Part shown: positions 25,622 to 34,279 of the stretch, one piece after another | Numbering within the stretch: position 1 is the first letter of the stretch | Layout: each line of letters starts with the position of its first letter | DNA from: Rhodospirillum sp. | GTDB lineage: Bacteria; Pseudomonadota; Alphaproteobacteria; Rhodospirillales; Rhodospirillaceae | Length of the DNA: 64,000 bases | Direction of reading: 5' to 3' | NCBI GenBank assembly: GCA_021741145.1 | Contig: JAIOYK010000002.1 | Location: 100,170-164,169, forward strand | The notes under the pieces: model-generated | The model's input: only the letters and a program-made list of their open reading frames with translations | Told to the model about the DNA's origin: nothing | Databases searched by the model: none | Translations under genes and position numbers: made by a program

Positions 25622-25661
25622 ACGATGTGGAATATCATTCTAGAATGATATTCCACATCGT
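25622..25661. repeat. perfect 40-bp AT-rich palindrome between convergent genes
   Basis: ACGATGTGGAATATCATTCTAGAATGATATTCCACATCGT is its own reverse complement. It is nested inside a 9-bp inverted repeat, GATGAAACG (25616-25624) and CGTTTCATC (25677-25685). No flanking U-tract is present. Confidence 0.95.
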
Positions 25662-25702
25662 CTCCCGTTGGACCGGCGTTTCATCCGTGGAGACAGCCGG
25701 TC

Positions 25703-26644
25703 TTAGGTCCCTTGAGTCAGGCGGACCGCGTCCTGCTCGATGGCCCGGGCCTGGAGGGCATCAAGCAGGGCGTTGCGGACTGTAACGTCCAAATGTTCGT
25801 AGGACTGGATGGAAACGGCCACCTTGTCGGGGCTCAGGGCTTCGACGAAGGCCGCCCGACCCGCGTCGGTATGGACATCGCCGTACCAACTGCTGTGGTG
25901 CAACAGCGCGTCCGTGGGGGTTTGATCATCGACGCCCCCCAAGGCATTGGTCACATAAACCCCATATAGGGTGTATTCGGACAGGGTGGTGCTGGCGGCC
26001 AGGGCTTTCCACCAGGGTTTGCCGGTGACCGTTTCGACGCGGTCCATGGTGCCTTGGGCATGGCTCCGCCGCCAAGTGATCAAATCATTGATATAGTTAT
26101 CCCCCCAGAAGGGATCCGTCGACGGGAGGTCAAGGAGTTTCGCGGTCTTTTCGTACCACTTTTGATGGGATGGCAAGTCGCCGCAGACGGCTTTTTCGTA
26201 ATAGAGCCGCAGACGCCCGTCGGGTGTCTTGAAGCTGTCTTCGTTCACGGGACGGATGAACATGACATCACTGTCCACGAAGGCGATGGAGTCCGTTGGC
26301 GCCGCGATGGCCGCCCCAAACTTGACCAATTGTTGAAGGATCCAACCCCGCACGGGTATCCAGAGTCCGGGGTGGATGAACAGATCCTGGCGGGCCCGCA
26401 AGGGGTTGAGCCAAGTCGGAACCCTATGGAAGCGGGCGGGGATCACGTCTTCGGTCGAGGCCAATAGGGTTCGCGCGTGACAGGCCGTCCGGAAGAGCTC
26501 GATGTCGTCCGGAGGGACAATCACCATATGGAGAACCCCCGGACCCGCGTGGCGCTCCACGCTTTTGGAGAGGCGTTCGAAGAGGGGGAAGTCACCGCGA
26601 TAGGACGGGGTGATCAGGGTGAGAGTCATGGATTGGTCGATCAT
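25703..26644 (-). CDS. hypothetical protein with GT-A-like features
   Basis: LTLITPSYRGD resembles the first beta-strand of GT-A enzymes, and IAFVDSDVMF is a DxD-like motif. No TM segment is visible. The start is set at 26644 (MIDQS), downstream of the stop at 26697. I could not assign a family by eye. Confidence 0.55.
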   Translation of the reverse strand: MIDQSMTLTLITPSYRGDFPLFERLSKSVERHAGPGVLHMVIVPPDDIELFRTACHARTLLASTEDVIPARFHRVPTWLNPLRARQDLFIHPGLWIPVRGWILQQLVKFGAAIAAPTDSIAFVDSDVMFIRPVNEDSFKTPDGRLRLYYEKAVCGDLPSHQKWYEKTAKLLDLPSTDPFWGDNYINDLITWRRSHAQGTMDRVETVTGKPWWKALAASTTLSEYTLYGVYVTNALGGVDDQTPTDALLHHSSWYGDVHTDAGRAAFVEALSPDKVAVSIQSYEHLDVTVRNALLDALQARAIEQDAVRLTQGT

Positions 26645-26696
26645 CGGGGGTGTTCCAAATGGCCGTGGACCCACGATTCGGGTTCGGTTGGGGGCG

Positions 26697-28310
26697 TCAA
26701 TAGGCCTGGGGATCACGGAAGATCAGCCTTGCCGTCCGCCAGATGATCTTCAGATCCAAAAGGATGGACCAGTTGTCCACGTAATAGATGTCCAGGCGCA
26801 GCCGCTCCTCGGCTTGTTCCTGGGTCTCCACTTCGCCCCGCGACCCATTGACCTGGGCCCAGCCGGTGATGCCGGGTTTGACCCGGTGGCGGGATTGGTA
26901 TTCGGACACGGCCTCGTAGTAGTAGCGTCCGCCAACGGCCATGGCCACCGCGTGGGCACGGGGGCCAATGATCGACATGTCCCCCTTAAGGACGTTGAAG
27001 ATCTGCGGCAATTCGTCGATGGAATAGCGGCGCATGACGCGGCCGACAGGGGTGACGCGGGGGTCGTCCTTGACCGTGCGCTGGCGACCGGAGGAATCTC
27101 CTTGGTCGGTGTACATGGTGCGGAATTTCAGGACCTTGATGGCCTGACCATTGAAGCCGAAGCGGTCCTGGGTGAAGAGCAGGGGCCCCTTGCTGGTGAC
27201 CTTCACCAGGATGGCGGCGACCAGCATGATGGGAACCGCCACGATCAATGCGGCCAAGGCGACCCCCTTATCCTCGAACCACTTGATCACCATCTGTTGT
27301 TCGGACAGGGGGCGGCGGCTGACCAGGACGGTAGGCATACCGCCAAGCCAAAGGATTCCCCGGGGCGGAAGCAGGTTCATGTCCATGTCCGGCACCAGAG
27401 AAATGTCCACGGGCAACTCGCGCAATTGGCGAATGATCTGGATGTTGCGGTCCTCCGCCGCCCAGGGGAGGGCGATGACGATCACATCAAGCAACTGGCG
27501 GCGGCAATAGGAGATCAGGTCGGGTACCGTTCCAACCACGGGAATGCCCGCCACCACCTTGGGCACACGGTTGATGCGGTCGTCGAAAATGCCCACCACG
27601 TCGTAATCGGAGGATTGGGTGGACGCGGTGAATCTGGCCAACAGATCCATGACCCGAGGGGTCGCGCCGACCACCGCCACCCGCTGGCGGAAGATGCCCA
27701 GTCGGGTCGCCCAGCGGATGGCCATGGACGCGCCGATGTGGTTAACCGTCAAGAGAATCGCGACAGCGCCCGACCATGGCAGGGTGAGGGATCGGGGATA
27801 TTTGTCACCGTAGTCGAACATGTAGGCCAAGGCCATCATGACCACCAGACAGACGCTCCAAGTCAGAAGAACGCCGAGCACCGATCGGGTCGGTCTCGAC
27901 AGCTCTCCAAAGCGATATTGACGGGTGGCATTCATGCCGATCCATAGGAGAAGGGCACCCAGAATCCCTACGGGAAGGGCGTGGACGATGCCATGCGTGG
28001 CTTCGGGCATGAACAGGTAATGAACATGCCGGGCGGCGAAAGCCGAGCCCATGATCACAAGGGCATCGAAGAGGGGGACGAGGAGGCTGAAGGCCTGTCT
28101 CCTGCTCCAGCGGTTGATGGATGGCGCCGACACAAGGGTGTCGGAAATTGATAGGGCGGCCAGTTGGTCGAGAGCGGCTTTCCCGTCATTCTTCCGGGGG
28201 CCAGTCGGATCTGGATTTTCGGCGCCCGTCTCCGGTTTGGCGTTTCCGGATGATGGGCGTGGAGTCCCCTCGTCATCGGAAGATGCTTCCTTGATCAAGA
28301 TATCCACCAT
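26697..28310 (-). CDS. undecaprenyl-phosphate hexose-1-phosphate transferase (large polyprenyl phosphoglycosyltransferase, WcaJ/ExoY-type priming enzyme)
   Basis: N-terminal TM helices are followed by a central Rossmann-like RVAVVGATP...DVVGIFDD segment. The C-terminal bacterial sugar-transferase domain carries KRFEDK-like WFEDKG, LFTQDRFGFNG, KFRTM, DELPQIFNVLKGDMSIIGPR and PGITGWAQV. Confidence 0.9.
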   Translation of the reverse strand: MVDILIKEASSDDEGTPRPSSGNAKPETGAENPDPTGPRKNDGKAALDQLAALSISDTLVSAPSINRWSRRQAFSLLVPLFDALVIMGSAFAARHVHYLFMPEATHGIVHALPVGILGALLLWIGMNATRQYRFGELSRPTRSVLGVLLTWSVCLVVMMALAYMFDYGDKYPRSLTLPWSGAVAILLTVNHIGASMAIRWATRLGIFRQRVAVVGATPRVMDLLARFTASTQSSDYDVVGIFDDRINRVPKVVAGIPVVGTVPDLISYCRRQLLDVIVIALPWAAEDRNIQIIRQLRELPVDISLVPDMDMNLLPPRGILWLGGMPTVLVSRRPLSEQQMVIKWFEDKGVALAALIVAVPIMLVAAILVKVTSKGPLLFTQDRFGFNGQAIKVLKFRTMYTDQGDSSGRQRTVKDDPRVTPVGRVMRRYSIDELPQIFNVLKGDMSIIGPRAHAVAMAVGGRYYYEAVSEYQSRHRVKPGITGWAQVNGSRGEVETQEQAEERLRLDIYYVDNWSILLDLKIIWRTARLIFRDPQAY

Positions 28311-28649
28311 ACCCTTCGGCCCCCCTCAATCATTGTCGTCCCGATATATTGTTGTGTCCTTAGTGACCGATGACCAGAAAAATGCCGGAGGTGCCCAGAT
28401 CCAAACTTTCAGTCCGCGACGATATTATAACCTGACCGGAACGGAAAGCGAATAGAACACCAAAAACATTAAGAATTTTCTGGCCTTTTTACCTACCTGG
28501 AGGCGTGGTCGTGGCGATCGCCAACCGTGAATCAATAGGGAAAAGCCAAGAGATGCCGGTGGCTTCCCGTATCCCTGCCGTGCCGGTTCCAGACCAACGT
28601 CTTGACCAAGGCAGGCGAGATAGGACACAACTTTGTCTTGGGAGACCCG

Positions 28650-29174
28650 ATGCGCTGGGACCTAATATCGACGTTGTGTCAGGTGGAATGGGACAAGGGT
28701 GATCCGGTGTCGGGACAAGATCAGGATGCGTTTCCGGGCAACCTGTCGGAGGAGGTACAACGGAGTGATACCCTGGATATCGATACTATGGCTTTGGAGA
28801 ACGCGGATCGGATGATCATGGAAATGCGGGAAGATTATCTGCGTTGGGCCGCGGACGACCTGATTGTCCTGGCGGCGATTTTCCATGAGTTGGAGGCGGA
28901 TCCCAGGAAGCACGACGTTTTGCTTCCCGAAATCTTTCGCATTTCCCACGACATCAAGGGGCAGGGTGGCAGTTTCGGATTCGACCTGATGACCCGCATC
29001 GGCAACCAACTTTGTCGCTTTTTGGAAACCCTTGACGACCAGCCTTGCGCGGACCATTTGGTGCATATTCGCAAGCACATGGATGCCATGCGCGCGATCA
29101 TCGCCAACCGTCTGAGTGGAGACGGGGGCGAGGAAGGGCGCATCCTTATCTCGGACCTGGCCCAACTGGATTGA
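28650..29174 (+). CDS. single-domain histidine phosphotransfer (Hpt) protein
   Basis: ISHDIKGQGGSFG is the HxxKG Hpt signature, with the His codon at 28947-28949 in a helical context. The start is uncertain: the ATG at 28650 has GGAGA 4 nt upstream, while the track ORF begins at 28602. Confidence 0.65.
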   Translation: MRWDLISTLCQVEWDKGDPVSGQDQDAFPGNLSEEVQRSDTLDIDTMALENADRMIMEMREDYLRWAADDLIVLAAIFHELEADPRKHDVLLPEIFRISHDIKGQGGSFGFDLMTRIGNQLCRFLETLDDQPCADHLVHIRKHMDAMRAIIANRLSGDGGEEGRILISDLAQLD

Positions 29175-29315
29175 AGGATTTCGACGAGGATCCGGAGCAT
29201 CGTTCCCTTTGTTGAGCCCGTGGATCAAAATGTCGAACGATTCGTGGTGCCCGCCAACCCGGCCCAATCCGCCGCGGATCACCATGGTATCCCGGACCCC
29301 CTGCCGGACTCCCGA

Positions 29316-30443
29316 ATGGATGACTCACTGACCCCCCTTTCCCCCTCGCCGACGGGGTCCTCGTCGGACTCCGCGCTCTCTCGCTTCCATTGGCATGGCG
29401 GTGCCCTGACCCGGGCCACGGAGCGGTTCGGCGATCCGGGGCCGGAGGGCTGGCTGGATCTTTCCACGGGAATCGCGCCCGTCGCCTATCCCCTGGGGCA
29501 ACTCACGCCCACGGCCTGGACAACGCTGCCCGACGAGGGCGCAGTGGACGCCTTCAAGCGCGTGGTCCGCGCCATCCACGGTCTTCCAATGGAGGCGGGG
29601 ATCTTACCGGTGGCCGGGGAGCAGGCGGCCCTGCAATGGATGCCCTATTGCCATTCCCCTTTGGGAGGGGTGGTGCCAGCCGGGTCCGTTCTGGTGCCTG
29701 ACCCGGGATATGGAGGCCATGGGGAGGCCTGGGCCATGGCGGGCCATTCCGTGGAGCGTCGGACCGACCCCCTCGAGGGGGAAGGGCGGGCATCGGTGAT
29801 CGTGGTGATCAACCCGAATAATCCCGATGGCCGCCAATGGTCGCCCCCGCGCCTGCTTGAGGCCGCGCGGCGTCAGGCCATGATCGGTGGACTGTTGATC
29901 GTCGACGAGGCCTTTTGCGAGGTTACGCCGACCTTGTCCCTTTTGCCCCATGCCGGGACACCGGGGTTGGTGATCCTTCGCTCCCTTGGCAAGTTCTTTG
30001 GCCTGCCCGGCGTCCGGATGGGGTGGGTCGCGGGGCCTCGTGCCTTGCTCGAAACCCTGGCCCGGAGGATGGGTCCCTGGGCGGTTTCCGGCCCCGCCCT
30101 GGAGATTGGTGCCCGGGCGGAAGGCGACGTGCCATGGCGGGCCGCCCAGATGCGCCGTTTGCGTCGACGGGCGGGGGCGCTCGAACGGATCCTATCCACG
30201 GCGGGGTTCACCGTGCTGGGAGGGACGGACTTGTTCAAATTGGTCGAGGCACCCCCACTGCCCGAAGGTCGGGAGTCCGCGGTCTGGTGGTGGGAGGCTC
30301 TGGCCGCGCGGGGGATCCTGAGCCGTCCTTTCACCGACCAACCCGGTTGGTTGCGCTTCGGCTTGCCCCCAGACCGCGCCGGGGAAGCCCGGCTGAGCCG
30401 CGCCCTGGACACCCTCGGGGAACGGGCCAGGAACACGGTATAA
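29316..30443 (+). CDS. threonine-phosphate decarboxylase-like class I/II aminotransferase (CobD/CobC type)
   Basis: FHWHGG near the N-terminus, INPNNPDG, LIVDEAF and SLGKFFGLPGVRMG (PLP-lysine context) give an overall CobD/CobC-like layout. The start is set at MDDSL (29316). Confidence 0.7.
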   Translation: MDDSLTPLSPSPTGSSSDSALSRFHWHGGALTRATERFGDPGPEGWLDLSTGIAPVAYPLGQLTPTAWTTLPDEGAVDAFKRVVRAIHGLPMEAGILPVAGEQAALQWMPYCHSPLGGVVPAGSVLVPDPGYGGHGEAWAMAGHSVERRTDPLEGEGRASVIVVINPNNPDGRQWSPPRLLEAARRQAMIGGLLIVDEAFCEVTPTLSLLPHAGTPGLVILRSLGKFFGLPGVRMGWVAGPRALLETLARRMGPWAVSGPALEIGARAEGDVPWRAAQMRRLRRRAGALERILSTAGFTVLGGTDLFKLVEAPPLPEGRESAVWWWEALAARGILSRPFTDQPGWLRFGLPPDRAGEARLSRALDTLGERARNTV

Positions 30444-30935
30444 TATGCCGTTATTGGAAGGGTTTAAGTCTTTCCAGGAAGAATTCACGCCACCGTCATC
30501 GAAGGCCTGTTACAACCCGGGGACTCCCCATCGGGGGGGCTAGCGGAAATGAGGCCTTCAACCTTGGCGTTTTGCGGCGCAGCATGAATGGATTGAAATC
30601 ATTGGTCTTTTTTCGGATGGCCCCAAATTAATTGTTTTTATGGCGTGGTGGCTATGCAAGTATCAGTACGCAATGGTGGCGGGTCCAAACAGGGGACTCT
30701 GGCACGGGTGAATTGGGCTTCGCCGACAATCGGCACCCCGAAAGGACCGGAAACCGGTTGCGGAGGAGAAAAGGCCCTGGCGGAAGAGACGACCCAGAAA
30801 AGGGGACCTTCCGTTCGCTGGGAGACACGGCGCCCGACGGGCGCGGGGAGGTAATGCATGGAAGGTTATGGCGGGGGCGCCGCTGGTCGCGCGCGACCCG
30901 AGGGAACCCGATATTGTGTTGGTGTGTATAACGCC

Positions 30936-31163
30936 ATGGTGCGGGCTCTCGTTCGGGAACTTGGTGACGATTTGGAGTGCGACGCAGGCACGAACGCCGA
31001 CGCGGATACGAACGGACATCTAGGATCTTACTGGGCCGAACTCCACCATGAGGAAGTGATCGCGGAAAGCGTGGAGCAGGCCCGGCGTCTGGCCTCGCGT
31101 CTTTACCCTTCCGCCGATGGCTTCGTGATCACCGAGGTCCGCGCCATCGATGCCGCCGCCTGA
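30936..31163 (+). CDS. hypothetical small acidic protein (75 aa)
   Basis: ORF MVRALVRELGDDLECDAGTNADADTNGHLGSYWAELHHEEVIAESVEQARRLASRLYPSADGFVITEVRAIDAAA. Third codon positions are mostly G/C. An intrinsic terminator lies about 100 nt downstream on the same strand. I recognised no family. Confidence 0.3.
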   Translation: MVRALVRELGDDLECDAGTNADADTNGHLGSYWAELHHEEVIAESVEQARRLASRLYPSADGFVITEVRAIDAAA

Positions 31164-31260
31164 GAGACCCGCGCGCGCCAAAAGCGGAGAGGCGGGTCGG
31201 CAAGCAGAGGGACCGCGACGCGCTTAGGGGACGTGCTTAGGGAAAGTAATGAAAAGGGAA

Positions 31261-31291
31261 GGTCACGGCCAGATAGGTCGTGGCCTTTTTC
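31261..31291 (+). terminator. rho-independent terminator (possibly bidirectional)
   Basis: GGTCACGGCC-AGATA-GGTCGTGGCC forms a 10-bp stem with two G-U pairs, followed by TTTTTCG. On the opposite strand the hairpin is followed by TTCCCTTTTCATT, 45 nt after the acyl-CoA synthetase stop. Confidence 0.6.
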
Positions 31292-31335
31292 GTTGGAGGG
31301 AAGGGGTTTGGTTAAGGGCGGGAATGCTCGTCCCG

Positions 31336-32997
31336 TCAGGTCAATTCCCGTAAATCCTTGCGGCGGATTTTTCCCGTCGCCGTGGTGGGCAGGGCCTCGA
31401 GGAAAGCGATCTGGCGGGGATAGGCGTGGGCCGCGTGGCGGGTCTTGGCGAAGTCCTGGATCTCCCGGCCAAGGCGGGCCGCCCGCTCCGGATCGTCCAG
31501 GACCTTGAGATCCTTGGGCACGATGAAGGCCTTGACCACCTCGGTCCGCTCGGGGTCGGGCATTCCGACCACGGCCACCTGGGCGACCGCCGGATGGGTG
31601 GAGAGGACGTCCTCGACCTCGCCCGGACCAATACGGTAGCCCGCGGAGGTGATCACATCGTCGTCCCGTCCCTTGAACCACAGATACCCTTCCGGATCCC
31701 GATGACCCATGTCCCCGGTGACCAACCAATCGCCAATGAATTTTCCGGCGGTGGCTTCGGGATTGTTCCAATATTCCAGGAATATGACCGGGTCGGGCCG
31801 AGCTATGGCGACCAGTCCCAGCTCGCCATCGGCCTTTTCCCGGCCATCCTCGCCGATGATGGCGACCCGGTGGCCGGGCACGGCCTTGCCCATGGCGCCG
31901 GGCCGAGTGGGGAAGAGGGCGGCGTTGTTCGCCACCACCAGATTGCATTCGGTTTGGCCGTAGAACTCATTAATGGGCACACCCAGAACCTCCGTGCCCC
32001 AGTCCAGCAGGTCCCGCCCAAGGGTTTCTCCGCCCGACCCCAGGGAGCGCAGGGCGACCCGGCCACGGACTCGCTCGTCGGGGAGGTGGCGGATCATGCG
32101 CAGGGCCGTTGGGGGCATGAAGACGTTGCGTACCCTGTGGCGGGCCATGAGGTCGAGGGCGGCGTCCGGGTCGAATTTGGCGGCCCGGTGGGCGAGGACC
32201 GGCTTGCCGTGGAACAGCGAGGGAAGCAGCACGTCGAGCAATCCACCGATCCAGGCCCAGTCCGCCGGGGTCCAGAACAGGTCGCCCTCCCGTGGGAAGA
32301 AGTCGTGGGGCATCTCGACGCCCGGAAGGTGCCCCAAGAGAACGCGATGGGCATGCAGGGCGCCCTTTGGTTTGCCGGTGGTACCCGAGGTGTAGATGAT
32401 CAGCGCCGGATCGTCGGCCGCCGTGTCCACGGGAGAGAAGTCGGAGGCGGAGCGGGCCAGCAGGTCGGCCAGATCAATGGCGCCCGCCGGGCCTCCGGGA
32501 TCGACGACCACCACTTTGGGCCGGGGGGAGAGGGGGGCGATGGCCTCCATCAGTCGCGCGGCGTTGGCCCCATCGGTGAGGACCACGCTGGCGCCGCAAT
32601 TGCCCAGGCGATAGGTCAGGGCGTCCTGGCCGAAGAGGGTAAAGAGGGGGACGGCGACCGCGCCCATTTTGTAGATAGCCACATGGGCGGCCACGGTTTC
32701 CCGCCGCTGGGGCAGCAGGATGGCGACCCGGTCGCCTCGCTTTACGCCAAGGCCCGCCAATCCGTTGGCGACCCTGTCGCTTTCAACCTTCAAGGCGGCG
32801 AAGGTGGTGATCTGGGTCGTGCCGTCGGTTCCTTCGACAATCAGGGCCGGAGAGGAAGCCGTCGTTGGGTTCAGGGCCCAGCGGTCGCAAACGGCGACGC
32901 CGATGTTGAAGCGCGGTGGGATGTCCCAGCGGAACCCCTGGCTGATGGCCTCATGGGATCCCAGGCTCGCATCGAGCGCCATGTCCGTTTTCTCCAT
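31336..32997 (-). CDS. AMP-forming acyl-CoA synthetase/ligase (ANL superfamily)
   Basis: LIIYTSGTTGKPKG (AMP-binding motif), EFYGQTE, VTGDMG, GRDDDVI and the terminal TATGKIRR. The start is set at MEKTD (32997); an alternative is 32982. Confidence 0.85.
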   Translation of the reverse strand: MEKTDMALDASLGSHEAISQGFRWDIPPRFNIGVAVCDRWALNPTTASSPALIVEGTDGTTQITTFAALKVESDRVANGLAGLGVKRGDRVAILLPQRRETVAAHVAIYKMGAVAVPLFTLFGQDALTYRLGNCGASVVLTDGANAARLMEAIAPLSPRPKVVVVDPGGPAGAIDLADLLARSASDFSPVDTAADDPALIIYTSGTTGKPKGALHAHRVLLGHLPGVEMPHDFFPREGDLFWTPADWAWIGGLLDVLLPSLFHGKPVLAHRAAKFDPDAALDLMARHRVRNVFMPPTALRMIRHLPDERVRGRVALRSLGSGGETLGRDLLDWGTEVLGVPINEFYGQTECNLVVANNAALFPTRPGAMGKAVPGHRVAIIGEDGREKADGELGLVAIARPDPVIFLEYWNNPEATAGKFIGDWLVTGDMGHRDPEGYLWFKGRDDDVITSAGYRIGPGEVEDVLSTHPAVAQVAVVGMPDPERTEVVKAFIVPKDLKVLDDPERAARLGREIQDFAKTRHAAHAYPRQIAFLEALPTTATGKIRRKDLRELT

Positions 32998-33133
32998 TGA
33001 TTTTTTATGGCGGCGTGGTCGCGCCAAAGCTTACGTTTACGTTAAGGGAAGTAGTTGGGGCCGGTCAAGGGCGATCAAGGAGCGGTCCTGAATGTGGTCG
33101 CGGAAGCACTGTAAATCCTTGCACTGAAAGGAC

Positions 33134-34279
33134 TCACATGGGCATCAAGGCCTCGTCTCGGAGGATCGCGGTGACCCCGTCCAGCAGAACGCCGTCATAG
33201 CCTTGCTCGACGATGGCGGCGAAGGTCTTGCCGACGATGTCCAACCATTGGGGATGGGTGTAATCCACCCAATAGAGGCCCGAGACTCCGGGCACGAAGC
33301 CGACGATCCAGGGCGGATTTCCGACGGTCCATTCAGGCTTCCAGTAGAAGCGGGTATCGTCGGCCAACCCGATGGTCAACCGGGCCAGGACCAGCCGGGT
33401 GGCGCCCAGGGCCTTGAACTTCAGGGAATGGATCTGCTGTTTGGTCAGAGGCTGGTTGCCGTTGAATAGGGGGTCGACGATCAGCATGTCATGGTTGGTC
33501 TGTCGCAGGGCGGCGATCATTTCTCCAGGGCTTTGGAAGTCTCGGGTATCGAGCAGGGCCAAAACATTCTGGGAATCACCCAATTCTTTGATATTGTTTG
33601 AGTTTTCGCCAGAGGGAAGCCCCTTCGGAATGCGATCGAAAGCCATGTCTCCTTCCGTGGCGGTGGCGACTAAAATGGACTGCGCGCGCCCCTCGACCAC
33701 GACTTTCCGAGCGTCTTCCGGTTTGGCGCAGCGTTCCAGGGAGAGGAAATGGAATCCGTCCTGGATCAGGGCGGCGATCCCGTCCTTGGTTTCCTTGGAG
33801 GTCCGCGGTTCGCAGAAGTACTGATCCATGGCGAAGCCATCGACGGCCTTGGCGAAGCGGCGGTGGAGGCTGCCCAAAGGGAGGAGGACTTCCTGGCTGA
33901 GGGGTTCGCCTGGGGGGATCTTGAGCAGAGCAATGTCCCTTTCCCGCTGCCCCTGGGTCGCCAGGAAGGCGCCGCCCCGCACGATGACCCGGAAGGCCGG
34001 ATTCTTCTGACGGGCGAAGTCGGACATCTTGGCGATGATGTCGCGCATGATGGCCCGGTGGTTGGGGATATCTTCCGGCCTGATGTCCTTCGGTGGTTCC
34101 TCGTAGACATTCTCGGTCAGATCCCGGCCGTCCAGGACCACGGGAGGCCGATGGGTGTCCTGGGCCTGGGCCTGCTTGGGCACGGACCCAGCCCCAGCCC
34201 CCAGGGTCACGAGGACGAGGGCCGCGACTTTCGATATGGAAACCAGGTCAAGACGCGGCACGGACTCCCTCCGCCACAA
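33134..34279 (-). CDS. secreted protein, possibly GH114/TM1410-like polysaccharide hydrolase
   Basis: Signal-like VAALVLVTLGAGAGS. The C-terminal YWVDYTHPQWLDIVGKTFAAIVEQGYDGVLLDGV resembles the GFDGVFLD region of the endo-alpha-1,4-polygalactosaminidase-like TIM-barrel family. This is a weak assignment made by eye. Confidence 0.45.
   Translation of the reverse strand: MWRRESVPRLDLVSISKVAALVLVTLGAGAGSVPKQAQAQDTHRPPVVLDGRDLTENVYEEPPKDIRPEDIPNHRAIMRDIIAKMSDFARQKNPAFRVIVRGGAFLATQGQRERDIALLKIPPGEPLSQEVLLPLGSLHRRFAKAVDGFAMDQYFCEPRTSKETKDGIAALIQDGFHFLSLERCAKPEDARKVVVEGRAQSILVATATEGDMAFDRIPKGLPSGENSNNIKELGDSQNVLALLDTRDFQSPGEMIAALRQTNHDMLIVDPLFNGNQPLTKQQIHSLKFKALGATRLVLARLTIGLADDTRFYWKPEWTVGNPPWIVGFVPGVSGLYWVDYTHPQWLDIVGKTFAAIVEQGYDGVLLDGVTAILRDEALMPM

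Noticed and set aside
30444-30935. Cobalamin riboswitch next to the CobD/CobC-like gene.
   Set aside because: No B12 box (GCCACUG / AGYCMGGAGACCUGCC-like) is present on either strand, and the region is downstream, not upstream, of the cob gene.
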